A program made the position numbers and the translations under genes. Below the pieces are notes generated by a model. The model had not been told where the DNA came from and ran no database searches. It was given only the letters and a program-made list of their open reading frames with translations. Of a stretch of DNA of 64,000 bases, positions 18,606 through 27,690 are shown piece by piece (position 1 is the stretch's first letter; each line of letters starts with the position of its first letter). Source of the stretch: Casimicrobiaceae bacterium (GTDB lineage: Bacteria > Pseudomonadota > Gammaproteobacteria > Burkholderiales > Casimicrobiaceae); contig DASXBW010000096.1 of assembly GCA_036491495.1 (NCBI GenBank), forward strand, positions 11,424 through 75,423, given 5' to 3'.

Positions 18606-19556
18606 TCAGCGACCGCTTTGCGCGCGAAACTCGTCGTAGCGAGATTTGACGGCGCCAGCCGCAAGGTATCCCGGCGCGACGGCTTCCAGCGCCGTGGGTG
18701 GAAACCCGAGGTGCGAGAAGGCGCTGCCGTCGCAGACATTGTCCCGCTCCATCGAAGCCAGGTTGTCACGGCTCATCAAAGGCCCGGGAAACCATTCCAG
18801 CACGCGCGCCTGGAGCCGTGACAGGCCGCGTCCCAGCGACAGGATCGGCCGCTTGTATCCGGTCAGCTCTCCGACATAGGCGACCAGCTCGCGCAGCGTA
18901 TAGACCTTGGGTCCGCACAAGTTGTAGCGCTGCTGCAGCGCCGTATCATCGTCGGTCCCCGCTTCGAACGCACGCGCGACATCGCCGACGAACACCGGCT
19001 GAAACCGCGCGCCGGAAGATCCCAGCGGCAGCACGGGCATCATCCGCTCGAGCTTGGCGAAGAGGTTGAGAAACGAATCCTCCCGACCGAAGATCACCGA
19101 TGGCCGGAAGATTGTCCATGCCAGACCCGAGGTTGCGACGATCGCTTCGGCTTCGCCCTTGGTCCGCAGATATCGGCTCGGCCCTTTCGGGTCGGCGTTA
19201 AGCGCGCTCATGTGAAGCAGGCGCGAGACGCCCGCCACGCCGCAGGCGGCGACGAGCTTGCGCGCGAGGTCGACGTGAACGCGGTCGAACTCGCCGCGGC
19301 GCGGCTCGTTCAGGATGCCGATCAGATTGACGACTACCGATGCGCGCCGCGCTAACCGCGCGAGCACCGCTTCGTCATGGACATCGACTTCGACGACATC
19401 GACGGTCGGGAGCAGGATCAGATGCTTGGCACGCTCGCGTTGCCGGGTCGGCACGACGACTCGCCGTCCGGCGGCGGCCAGGCGCGCAACCAGGTGCCGG
19501 CCGACGAAACCGCTGCCGCCCAGCACCAGCGTTGTCCTGTCATCCATGGCACTCAT
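18606..19556 (-). CDS. NAD(P)-binding NDUFA9-like / NAD-dependent epimerase-dehydratase family protein
   Basis: The real start is MSAMDDRTTLVLGGSGFVGRHL (complement of 19554..19556), which overlaps the slt stop as ATGA. The remaining 5' part of ORF 18606..20063 overlaps slt. Confidence 0.75.
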   Translation of the reverse strand: MSAMDDRTTLVLGGSGFVGRHLVARLAAAGRRVVVPTRQRERAKHLILLPTVDVVEVDVHDEAVLARLARRASVVVNLIGILNEPRRGEFDRVHVDLARKLVAACGVAGVSRLLHMSALNADPKGPSRYLRTKGEAEAIVATSGLAWTIFRPSVIFGREDSFLNLFAKLERMMPVLPLGSSGARFQPVFVGDVARAFEAGTDDDTALQQRYNLCGPKVYTLRELVAYVGELTGYKRPILSLGRGLSRLQARVLEWFPGPLMSRDNLASMERDNVCDGSAFSHLGFPPTALEAVAPGYLAAGAVKSRYDEFRAQSGR

Positions 19557-21556
19557 GGCGCCTCTTTCGGGCGATCTCCCGCGGGAATTGCCGCAACCTC
19601 GCTCGATGCGCCGTTCGAGCCTCTGGGCGTCACCACGCCGAGGCGCTCGCGCAGCGCGACGTACGGAAGTCCGAGCTGCGCCTGGTAGAACATCGCATTG
19701 GCCAGGACTTTTTTCACGTAGTCGCGGGTTTCGTTGAAAGGAATGGTCTCGGCGTAGATCGCGCCTTCCATTGACGTGGCGCCGCGCCACGCTTGAGCGC
19801 GCCCAGGGCCGGCATTGTACGCAGCTGTCGCGAGCACCGGCATGCCGTCGAGCCGATCGAGAACATGGCGCAGATAATAATTCCCCATTTGCGCATTGAG
19901 CTCCGGCTGATCGAGGGCGCTGACGCGGTAATCTGTTTGCCCGATCTGGCGCGCGACCCAACGCGCCGTCGCTGGCATCAGCTGCATCAACCCCACCGCG
20001 CCTGCGCTGGACATGATGTCGGCGACGAAACGGCTTTCCTGTCGCGCAAGGCCGAATGCCCACGCTTCATCGATCTGATACTCGCGCGCGGCGGCGCTGA
20101 TCTCCGTTCGGTACGGTGTCGGATAGCGAAGCGAAAAATCATGCCGCCGCTGGGTGCGTTCTGCCGTATTGATCGACCGGTCGTACAAGCCGTTGCGGCG
20201 CGCAACCTCGGCGGCAAGGAGCAGCGTGTCGTCGTCGAGCGGGCGCACGATATACAGCCATTCGCGCTGCGCTTCGGGGCGCAGATCGAGTGCGGTCAGC
20301 CGGATCACGCGCTGGACGTCGTCCCTCGCGCCGAACGCCGCCAGCGCGGACGCATCCGCCGGCAGCGGCTCGCTCACCGGCATGACCGCCGCGCCCAGCG
20401 CTTCGGCAGCCAGGAATCCGTAAAAGTGATGCTCGGTGGCAAGGCTGCCATAGAGCCTGGTCGCATCGTCGCCCTTGCCCGCAACCGACAGTGCGCGCGC
20501 TTTCCAGTAGCGCCACGCGGGATCCAGCGCCCGCGCTTCAGGCATCGCGTCGATCGCCTGCGCCACGTCGTCCCAGGCGAGCGAACGAAGCGCCGCGCGT
20601 ACCCGCCATATTTGCTGTTGCTCGTCTTGCGGCGCTCCCTCCGCCTCGCGATACCAGGCATTCGCCGACGGCAGCAGCTGCCGCGCCGCGTTGTACGCGA
20701 CGAGCAGGTTGCCGTACCTGCGCTCGGGATCGGAAACGCGCGAGCGCCATTGCGTCCAGGCGTCGTGCGCCGATGCGGCGTCGCTTCGCGCGGCGCGATC
20801 CAGCGCGTAGAGCGCGAGCTCGCGAGCGCTCCTGGAAGACCAGCGAAAATCACCCTTGCCGAGCACCTGCGCAGGATTTCGTTCGACGCGTGCAACGTCG
20901 CGTGGCGCCGGGCGCTCCTCCGCCGGCAGCACATCCAGCAGGCGGATCGCCAGCCGGAAGCTGCCCGCTTCGTGCGCCTGGCGGAAACGCATCCAGACAT
21001 CCTGCGATGTGAGCTTGCCGAGCGTTAGTAGCGCCGCAAACAAGGTTTGACACGACTCGGGCTGCTCTTGCCCGCTGAACCACAGCGGCCGCGCCAAATC
21101 GAGCGCGGCATCGCCTTCCCGGATCCGCTGCCACTGGATCGCGTAACAACCGAGCTCGGTGTCGTCGCCCGCGCGCCGGGGATACTCGGCGGCGAACAGC
21201 GTCCATTGCCCGCGCTTGGCCAGCGACTTCAGCCATTCGCCGCGCAGGCGATCGGCGAGCGGGCCGCCTTCGCGTCGGGTCAGGAAGCTCTGCACCCGTT
21301 CTGGATCGGCGTCGTCGAGTTTGAGCCGGAGCTGCCAGTATTCGACGTACGACTCGAGCAAATGCTCTTTGAGGCGGGGGGCAATCCGGTCCAGCCGCGC
21401 GGCATCGTTGGCATGGAACGCGTCGCGCGCGATCACAAAATCGGCGTCGGTCGGTTCGGCGCGCGCCGCAAAGACGGCCAAACCCGCGGCCATCGCCAGC
21501 GCCGTGGCGCTACGTCCGGTGAAGGTGAGCAATGTTCGAATCGACATCGTCGTCAT
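19553..21556 (-). CDS. slt: soluble lytic murein transglycosylase (Slt70-like)
   Basis: 667 aa with a signal peptide and a long superhelical N-domain. The C-terminal catalytic region contains ESRF, GLMQLMPATA and AYNAGPGR. Confidence 0.85.
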   Translation of the reverse strand: MTTMSIRTLLTFTGRSATALAMAAGLAVFAARAEPTDADFVIARDAFHANDAARLDRIAPRLKEHLLESYVEYWQLRLKLDDADPERVQSFLTRREGGPLADRLRGEWLKSLAKRGQWTLFAAEYPRRAGDDTELGCYAIQWQRIREGDAALDLARPLWFSGQEQPESCQTLFAALLTLGKLTSQDVWMRFRQAHEAGSFRLAIRLLDVLPAEERPAPRDVARVERNPAQVLGKGDFRWSSRSARELALYALDRAARSDAASAHDAWTQWRSRVSDPERRYGNLLVAYNAARQLLPSANAWYREAEGAPQDEQQQIWRVRAALRSLAWDDVAQAIDAMPEARALDPAWRYWKARALSVAGKGDDATRLYGSLATEHHFYGFLAAEALGAAVMPVSEPLPADASALAAFGARDDVQRVIRLTALDLRPEAQREWLYIVRPLDDDTLLLAAEVARRNGLYDRSINTAERTQRRHDFSLRYPTPYRTEISAAAREYQIDEAWAFGLARQESRFVADIMSSAGAVGLMQLMPATARWVARQIGQTDYRVSALDQPELNAQMGNYYLRHVLDRLDGMPVLATAAYNAGPGRAQAWRGATSMEGAIYAETIPFNETRDYVKKVLANAMFYQAQLGLPYVALRERLGVVTPRGSNGASSEVAAIPAGDRPKEAP

Positions 21557-21656
21557 TATCGCTCAAGGGCGATGATTTTCGGTCGCCGGCGGCGCGAATG
21601 CATGCATCGGGACCCGAAAGGCCGGCAACGCGTTCGCCGGGCGTATTCAGGGGCGA

Positions 21657-21665
21657 TGGTAAAAT
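21657..21665 (+). promoter_or_regulatory. possible extended -10 promoter element (TGgTAAAAT) for purE
   Basis: tggtaaaat lies about 60 nt upstream of the purE ATG. I see no convincing -35 element. Confidence 0.25.
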
Positions 21666-21725
21666 CGGACGCTGAGGCGCGGCACGCGCGCAAACGTCTG
21701 CTTGCCAGAAAAAGGAAGGACCAGC

Positions 21726-22244
21726 ATGCCTCGACGGAGACAGGCAACCCCGATCGGCATGGTCGGCGTTGTCATGGGCAGCGACAGCGATTGGGAGATC
21801 ATGCAGCATGCGGTCCTCCAATTGACGGCTTTCGGCGTGCCGCACGAGGCGAAGGTCCTCTCCGCGCACCGCACGCCCGACGACGCCTTCGCCTATGCCG
21901 AAAGCGCTGCCTCGCGCGGGCTGGCCTGCATCATTGCCGGTGCCGGCGGCGCCGCGCACTTGGCCGGCGTGCTTGCCGCGAAGACCATGTTGCCGGTCCT
22001 GGGCGTCCCGATACCGTCGAAGTATTTGCGCGGCGAGGATTCGCTCTTGTCAACCGTGCAGATGCCAAAGGGCATCCCGGTGGCGACCTTCGCCATCGGC
22101 GAGGCGGGCGCGGCCAACGCCGCGCTATTCGCCGTCGCGTGGCTCGCGCGCAGCGACCCGTCGCTCTCTGCCAAGCTTGCCGACTTCCGCGCCAGGCAGA
22201 CCAACGCGGCGCGCGCGATGACGCTGCCCCCAAAGAAGAGGTGA
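21726..22244 (+). CDS. purE: 5-(carboxyamino)imidazole ribonucleotide mutase (class I PurE)
   Basis: ATG 21726 follows AAGGAAGGA by 5 nt. Motifs are VGVVMGSDSDW, VLSAHRTPD and IIAGAGGAAHLAG. No purK gene is adjacent. Confidence 0.9.
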   Translation: MPRRRQATPIGMVGVVMGSDSDWEIMQHAVLQLTAFGVPHEAKVLSAHRTPDDAFAYAESAASRGLACIIAGAGGAAHLAGVLAAKTMLPVLGVPIPSKYLRGEDSLLSTVQMPKGIPVATFAIGEAGAANAALFAVAWLARSDPSLSAKLADFRARQTNAARAMTLPPKKR

Positions 22245-22266
22245 ACCCCGCCCGAAAGTACCTGGA

Positions 22267-22911
22267 TCACTTCCGTTTCGTTGCCTGGCGCTCGGCGCCT
22301 GCCGGGAGGCTCGCGACGCGCGTCATCTCGGCGTCGCTGAACTTGCAGCCCTGCGCGAGGTAATCGGCGGCCATCGCCGTCGCGTCGGCGCCCCAGAAGA
22401 GCTCGTCACCGATAGCCAGCGTCGGCACGCCGAAGACGCCGCGTGCGATGGCGTCGTCGGTGCTTTTTTTGAGCGCGTCCTTGACCTCGGGCGACGCGAT
22501 GCGCTGTTGCGCGTCCGGTATGTTGAGCTCGCTCATCAGCTCCGCCCACTCGATGGGCAAATCCCCGAGACGGCCATCGCGCCAGACGAAACGGAAAATC
22601 CGCCGCACCGCCGAGGGCTCGCAATCCGCGGCGATCGCGAGCCGAAGCAGCGGCAGCGGATTGAACGGATGCGCGGCAGGAAACTTGAGCGGGATGCCAA
22701 GCTTGGCCGCCTGCCACACCACGAAGCGATAGGTAAAGCGCCGTTTGGAGGCGATCTCGGCGGGCCCCTTGTGGCCGTGGGCGTTGAGCAGGCCCGCGAA
22801 GAGCACCGGCCGATAGCGGATCCTGACCGAGCGCTCGAGCAGCGGCAGTTGCTCGCATTGCAGGTACGAAAATGGAGAGACGAAATCGAAATACCAGTCA
22901 GCGCTCGGCAC
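22267..22911 (-). CDS. DsbA-like thioredoxin-fold protein, 2-hydroxychromene-2-carboxylate isomerase family (copy 1)
   Basis: The N-terminus is WYFDFVSPFSYL and the C-terminal block is ARGVFGVPTLAIGDELFWGAD. GTG start at 22911. Confidence 0.7.
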   Translation of the reverse strand: MPSADWYFDFVSPFSYLQCEQLPLLERSVRIRYRPVLFAGLLNAHGHKGPAEIASKRRFTYRFVVWQAAKLGIPLKFPAAHPFNPLPLLRLAIAADCEPSAVRRIFRFVWRDGRLGDLPIEWAELMSELNIPDAQQRIASPEVKDALKKSTDDAIARGVFGVPTLAIGDELFWGADATAMAADYLAQGCKFSDAEMTRVASLPAGAERQATKRK

Positions 22912-23128
22912 GGTCCTCCAGTCGGGCCTCGATCGCAGCGCCGAAATTCAATCGTCGAGCGTCGAGCTCCGCGATCACGCCCCGCTTCTCGGTGGCCGAG
23001 AAATCGATCCACCCACTGATCTCCTCCAGCGTACGGAAGCATCCGCCGCACAAGCCGGTGACCGGATCGATGATGCACACGCTGGTGCAGGGAGAGGCGA
23101 CGGATGCGGAATCGGCGCCGCGACTCAT
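22898..23128 (-). CDS. DUF1289-type small Cys-rich protein
   Basis: 76 aa: MSRGADSASVASPCTSVCIIDPVTGLCGGCFRTLEEISGWIDFSATEKR. Its ATG overlaps the liuE stop as ATGA. Its 3' end overlaps the next gene's start by 14 nt. Confidence 0.65.
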   Translation of the reverse strand: MSRGADSASVASPCTSVCIIDPVTGLCGGCFRTLEEISGWIDFSATEKRGVIAELDARRLNFGAAIEARLEDRAER

Positions 23129-24051
23129 GCCGTACTCGCCGCGGCCAGCGGCTCCTTGGCGTCGAGGGCACGGGCCACGCGCGACGCCGGGCGGCGTCCG
23201 AGAAAGTCGCAAATGAAGCGTCCGGCAAGGCGAAGCCGGGTCATATCGACACCGGTCTCGATATCCAGTCCATTGAGCAGATACAAAACGTCTTCGCTCG
23301 CCACGTTGCCGGTCGCGCCTTTGGCGTAGGGGCAGCCTCCGAGGCCCGCAACGGAGCTGTCGAAGGTGGCGACGCCGAGCTCCATCGCAGCGTAGACATT
23401 GGCGAGCGCCTGGCCATAGGTATCGTGAAAATGCCCTGCGAGCTCCACGACGGGAACCGCCTCCGCGACTGAACGCACTAGCCGTTGCGTCTTGCCGGGA
23501 GTTCCGGTGCCTATGGTGTCGCCGAGCGAGACCTCGTCGCAACCCATCGCTTTGAGCGCCGCGGCGACATCGCGCACGACGGACGGCGCGATATCGCCCT
23601 CGTAAGGGCAGCCGAGAACGCAGGAGATATAACCGCGAACACGCACGCGATGCGCCTTTGCCGAGGCGGCGACCGGCTTCGCGCGTTCGAGACTTTCCGC
23701 GATGCTGCAGTTGATATTTTTTTGGGAAAAAGTCTCGGACGCGGCGACGAACACCGCCACTTCGTCGCAGCCGGCGGCCAGAGCCGCCTCGAAGCCCTTC
23801 GGGTTCGGCGTCAGGACCGGATAGCGCACGCCGCGCTGGCGGCGGATCCTCGCCATCACCTCGGCGTTGTCCGCCATCTGGGGCACCCATTTCGGCGAGA
23901 CAAAGCTTGTCGCCTCGATGGCCGGCAAACCGGCGTCGGTCAGTCGGTCGATGAGACCGACCTTGATTTCGGTGGGCACCGGCGACTTCTCATTTTGAAG
24001 TCCGTCGCGCGGGCCGACCTCGACCATGGTGACGCGTTGCGGAAGTTTCAT
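23125..24051 (-). CDS. liuE: hydroxymethylglutaryl-CoA lyase
   Basis: The N-terminus is MKLPQRVTMVEVGPRDGLQNE. Also present are HFHDTYGQALAN and GLGGCPYAKGATGNV. The upstream part of ORF 23125..24621 overlaps the neighbouring dehydrogenase. Confidence 0.9.
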   Translation of the reverse strand: MKLPQRVTMVEVGPRDGLQNEKSPVPTEIKVGLIDRLTDAGLPAIEATSFVSPKWVPQMADNAEVMARIRRQRGVRYPVLTPNPKGFEAALAAGCDEVAVFVAASETFSQKNINCSIAESLERAKPVAASAKAHRVRVRGYISCVLGCPYEGDIAPSVVRDVAAALKAMGCDEVSLGDTIGTGTPGKTQRLVRSVAEAVPVVELAGHFHDTYGQALANVYAAMELGVATFDSSVAGLGGCPYAKGATGNVASEDVLYLLNGLDIETGVDMTRLRLAGRFICDFLGRRPASRVARALDAKEPLAAASTA

Positions 24052-24056
24052 ATTAT

Positions 24057-24992
24057 TTAGTAAAAGCGCGCGCGGTCGACGACGCCGCTCACCGGCAAGC
24101 CCGACTCGAGCCGCCGAATCTTGGCGGCGATCTGAGCCACGGATGCTTCGATCCGCGTCACTGCAGAAACATGCGGTGTCACTGTGATGCGCGGATGATG
24201 CCAGAAAGCGTGCGCTGGTGGCAAAGGCTCCTCCTGAAAAACGTCGAGCGTCGCGCCATCGATCGCCCCCGATTCGATCAACGCCAGCAGATCCTCGTCG
24301 ATCAAGAGCGCGCCGCGTGAAACGTTGACCACATAGGCACCCTGCGATAGTTGAGACAGCGTCGCGCGGTTGAGCATTCCCCGGGTCTCGGCGGTAAGCG
24401 GCAACATGCAAACGAGCACCCGGCAACGGCCAAGAAACTCGCCGAGCTCGGCGGTGCCCGCGAAACTTCGCAGGTCCGGGATTTGCTTGCGCGAGCGGCT
24501 CCAGCCGTCGATGGGGAACCCAAAGGGCGCCAACGCGGCCGCTACCGAAACGCCGAGGACACCCATGCCCAGTATGCCGATACGAAAGCCGCTCTTGTCG
24601 ATGCGTTCCCTTGGCTGCCACAGCGCATCACGCTGCGACTGCGCGTAAGCCTCGAATTCCCGGTAGCGGCGCAGCACCGCGTGCACCACGTACTCGGCCA
24701 TTTGCTCTGCCATGCCGGCGTCCTCGAGACGAATCAGCGGCACCGCTTGCAGCGACCGCGGTATCGAGTCCAGGCTATCGACGCCGGCGCCCAGATTAAA
24801 GATGGCCTTGGCGCTCGTGAGCTTTGCCAACAGCTCGGCCGGCGGCTTCCACACCAGCGCATAGTCGGCGCCGCCGGTCGCGCCCGTTGCGTCCTCAGGC
24901 CAAGTTTTGATGCGTGCTCCGGGCATTGCGCGCGACAAGGCGTCAAGCCAGGCAGCAGAGTTGCTGGCGGCGGTGTAGAACAAAAGCTTCAC
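24057..24992 (-). CDS. D-isomer-specific 2-hydroxyacid dehydrogenase (glyoxylate/hydroxypyruvate reductase A-like)
   Basis: The NAD-binding motif is IGILGMGVLG. NVSRG and TPHVSA are also present. The GTG start overlaps the liuD stop (GTGA). Confidence 0.7.
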   Translation of the reverse strand: MKLLFYTAASNSAAWLDALSRAMPGARIKTWPEDATGATGGADYALVWKPPAELLAKLTSAKAIFNLGAGVDSLDSIPRSLQAVPLIRLEDAGMAEQMAEYVVHAVLRRYREFEAYAQSQRDALWQPRERIDKSGFRIGILGMGVLGVSVAAALAPFGFPIDGWSRSRKQIPDLRSFAGTAELGEFLGRCRVLVCMLPLTAETRGMLNRATLSQLSQGAYVVNVSRGALLIDEDLLALIESGAIDGATLDVFQEEPLPPAHAFWHHPRITVTPHVSAVTRIEASVAQIAAKIRRLESGLPVSGVVDRARFY

Positions 24993-27043
24993 GCTAGGGT
25001 CGGCGTCGCGCCGCCGATCTCGGCGTCAGCGGCATCGACATCGATCAGGTCCACGCCTTCGCTCACCTGATCGCCCTGGCGGTAATGCACCGCGCTTACC
25101 GTACCAGTGGCCGGCGCGATGACGGTGTGTTCCATTTTCATCGCCTCGAGGATCAGCAGCGGTGCGCCCTTGGTGACCGCGTCACCGGCCTTGACCAGCA
25201 CCGCCACGATCGTGCCCGACATCGGCGCGGTCAAGTGTCCGCCTCGATGCTCGTCGTCGGCCGCGTGCGCCAGTGGATCGACCAGCGTGAGTCTGTGCAG
25301 CTGTCCGTCGACGAACACGTAACGCTGGTCTCCGAGCGGCACCACGCTTGCGCCAAGACGCACGCCATCGAGCGTAATCGCCAGGCCATCGCCGCCGCTC
25401 CTGGTCGCGCTCGCCGCGAGATCCACTTCCGCCGCGCCCGTGGGGCCGGCGACGCTGACCAGGAAATCGCCGCCGAGCGTCCGCAAACGCACTACATGCG
25501 TCACGCCAAGCGCAAGGTAGGTGAGCGATATGACATGGCCGGCCGAGTTGAGCCACCATGGATCGAGAGCGTGCCATGGCGAAAAGCGATCTTGGGAGGC
25601 CTGCGCTCGCTCAGCCGCCTCGTCCTCGAGCCGCAGGAATTCACCGATTGCGGCGACCGCCAGAACTTGGGATGAGGGCGCGGCAGGTGGGGCCAGTAAT
25701 TCCGCCTGATGGCGAGCGATGAGACCGGTATCCAAACGGGCGTTGGCGAAAGCCGGATGCGCCACCACACGCTGCAGGAATGCGATATTGGTCGTGACGC
25801 CGACAACCTGGTAGCTCGCCAGCGAACGGCTGAGCCGCCGCAGTGCGCTCGCGCGATCCTCACCCCAGACCACCAGCTTGGCGATCATCGGGTCGTAGAA
25901 CTGGCTGATCTCGTCGCCGCTGCGCACGCCCGTATCGATGCGAACGAAATCTGACTCAAGAGGCGCCGCCAGATAGGCGACGCGCCCGATCGACGGCAGG
26001 AAACCGCGTTCGGGATCCTCGGCGTAAATGCGCGCCTCGATGGCGTGCCCGCAAAAGTTCAGCGCCTCCTGCATGCGCGGCAGCGGCTCGCCCGCCGCGA
26101 CCCGCAACTGCCACTCGACCAGGTCGAGCCCGGTGATCATTTCGGTGACCGGATGTTCGACCTGCAAGCGGGTGTTCATCTCCATGAAGTGGAACAGCCC
26201 GGTGTTGCCGACGATGAACTCGACGGTACCGGCACCGACGTATCCGATCGCCTGCGCCGCCGCCACCGCCGCCGCGCCCATTTCGCTGCGCCGCTCATGC
26301 GTCATCCCGGGCGCAGGCGCTTCCTCGAGAATCTTTTGATGCCGGCGCTGGACCGAGCAGTCGCGCTCGAACAGATGCACGCAATGGCCATGCGTGTCCG
26401 CGAAAACCTGCATCTCGATGTGCCTTGGTTCGTCCAGATACTTTTCCAGCAGCATCTTGTCGTCGCCGAAGCTGGCTTTCGCCTCCCGCCGCGCCGAGGC
26501 CAGCGCCGCCGCAAAGTCCGCACGCCGTTCGACGGTGCGCATGCCCTTGCCGCCGCCTCCGGCGGATGCCTTGATCAGCACCGGGTAGCCAATGCCATCG
26601 GCCTCACGCGCCAGCAGCACGTCGTCCTGGTCGGAGCCGTGATAGCCGGGCACCAGGCGAACGCCGGCCTTGGCCATGATGCTTTTCGATTCCGATTTGG
26701 AACCCATCGCGCGAATGGCGGCGGGAGGAGGCCCGACGAAGACAAGCCCCGCCGCCGCGACCGCCGCGGCGAATGCCTCGTTCTCGGACAGAAAGCCGTA
26801 GCCGGGATGGATCGCCTGCGCGCCCGCTGACCTGGCGATTTGGATGATGCGATCGCCGCGCAAATAACTCTCACGCGGCGGCGCCGGCCCGAGACGATGT
26901 GCTTCGTCGCAAGCGGCGACGTGAAGTGCGCCGACATCGGCGTCCGAATACACCGCGATGGTCCGGATTCCCATGCGCCGCGCGGTGCGCGCGACGCGGC
27001 AGGCGATCTCGCCGCGATTGGCGATCAGAAGGCGATCAAACAT
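24989..27043 (-). CDS. liuD: 3-methylcrotonyl-CoA carboxylase alpha subunit (biotin carboxylase + BCCP)
   Basis: The start is MFDRLLIANRGEIACRV. The biotin carboxylase domain is present and the C-terminal biotinyl motif is LILEAMKMEH. It sits among liu genes. Confidence 0.9.
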   Translation of the reverse strand: MFDRLLIANRGEIACRVARTARRMGIRTIAVYSDADVGALHVAACDEAHRLGPAPPRESYLRGDRIIQIARSAGAQAIHPGYGFLSENEAFAAAVAAAGLVFVGPPPAAIRAMGSKSESKSIMAKAGVRLVPGYHGSDQDDVLLAREADGIGYPVLIKASAGGGGKGMRTVERRADFAAALASARREAKASFGDDKMLLEKYLDEPRHIEMQVFADTHGHCVHLFERDCSVQRRHQKILEEAPAPGMTHERRSEMGAAAVAAAQAIGYVGAGTVEFIVGNTGLFHFMEMNTRLQVEHPVTEMITGLDLVEWQLRVAAGEPLPRMQEALNFCGHAIEARIYAEDPERGFLPSIGRVAYLAAPLESDFVRIDTGVRSGDEISQFYDPMIAKLVVWGEDRASALRRLSRSLASYQVVGVTTNIAFLQRVVAHPAFANARLDTGLIARHQAELLAPPAAPSSQVLAVAAIGEFLRLEDEAAERAQASQDRFSPWHALDPWWLNSAGHVISLTYLALGVTHVVRLRTLGGDFLVSVAGPTGAAEVDLAASATRSGGDGLAITLDGVRLGASVVPLGDQRYVFVDGQLHRLTLVDPLAHAADDEHRGGHLTAPMSGTIVAVLVKAGDAVTKGAPLLILEAMKMEHTVIAPATGTVSAVHYRQGDQVSEGVDLIDVDAADAEIGGATPTLA

Positions 27044-27680
27044 CGGCTGATTTTCGCGTCGGCGAACCATTCGGCGCGCCGCCGTGAAGGACGCGCGAGA
27101 TGCGCGCCGACATCGCCCGGATGAAGCGCCACAATTTCGGCAGCAGCCACAGCGATGCGACGATCAGCAGCGCCAGCACGAAGAAGAGCGCGACCGGATG
27201 CGCGAGCGCGAGATAGAGCAGCGTGCCGACCAGCAAATCCTCGCCGAACGACGCCGCCCAGTTCGACATCGGTTCGGGCGAGGTGTTGATCGCAAGCCGT
27301 GCGCCCGCCTTGGTGAAGTGACTTCCGGCGGCGAGCGTTCCGCCCAGGATCGCGGAGGCCAGCATCCACGCCGGCGGCGAATCGCCGAAGACGCTTGCCG
27401 CGAGGGCCGCGCCGGCCGGAATGCGAATCAAGGTGTGCACCAGATCCCACACCGAATCGAAGCCGGGAATCTTGTCGGCGAAGAACTCCGCGGCGACCAT
27501 GAATCCGGAAGCGCAAAGGACCAGCGGATGCGATAGCACCCGCAGGTGCTGTGGGATCTCGAACCATCCTGCGAAACCGACCGCTCCGACGACGAACAGA
27601 ACTGCGTAAAGCCGTATCCCGCTCGCCCAGCCGAGTGCCGCGGCAAGCGCGATGAGTTGCATGGTGTCGAGGTGTTCCAT
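27036..27680 (-). CDS. DUF4126-like integral membrane protein
   Basis: About 214 aa from MEHLDTMQLIALAAALGWASGIRLY, with several hydrophobic helices. Its stop overlaps the liuD start by 8 nt. Confidence 0.6.
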   Translation of the reverse strand: MEHLDTMQLIALAAALGWASGIRLYAVLFVVGAVGFAGWFEIPQHLRVLSHPLVLCASGFMVAAEFFADKIPGFDSVWDLVHTLIRIPAGAALAASVFGDSPPAWMLASAILGGTLAAGSHFTKAGARLAINTSPEPMSNWAASFGEDLLVGTLLYLALAHPVALFFVLALLIVASLWLLPKLWRFIRAMSARISRVLHGGAPNGSPTRKSADV

Positions 27681-27690
27681 CTTCGAGCGT

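Noticed and set aside
18606-20063. 485-aa version of the NDUFA9-like ORF. The same applies to the 5' extended versions 6136..7599, 7520..9442, 15647..17254, 22898..23890, 23125..24621, 27036..27803, 30231..31004 and 34710..35048.
   Set aside because: The extensions overlap the upstream gene and read as Arg/Pro-rich junk. In each case an internal start gives a canonical family N-terminus and a sensible junction with the neighbouring gene.
21530-21545. tRNA T-arm-like string gttcgaatc
   Set aside because: It lies inside the slt coding region (signal-peptide codons). No acceptor, anticodon or D-arm structure surrounds it. A second ggttcgaat near 35828 is inside liuA.
22245-22266. purE lacking an adjacent purK, as a sign of rearrangement or pseudogenisation
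   Set aside because: purE itself is intact, with class I motifs, its own RBS and a plausible promoter. purK could simply be elsewhere in the genome, and this window cannot show otherwise.
19793-22363. Plus-strand ORFs of 411 aa (19793..21028) and 438 aa (21047..22363)
   Set aside because: They are antisense to slt, and the second runs out of frame across purE. They have no recognisable domains and an Arg-rich composition, so I treat them as shadow ORFs.
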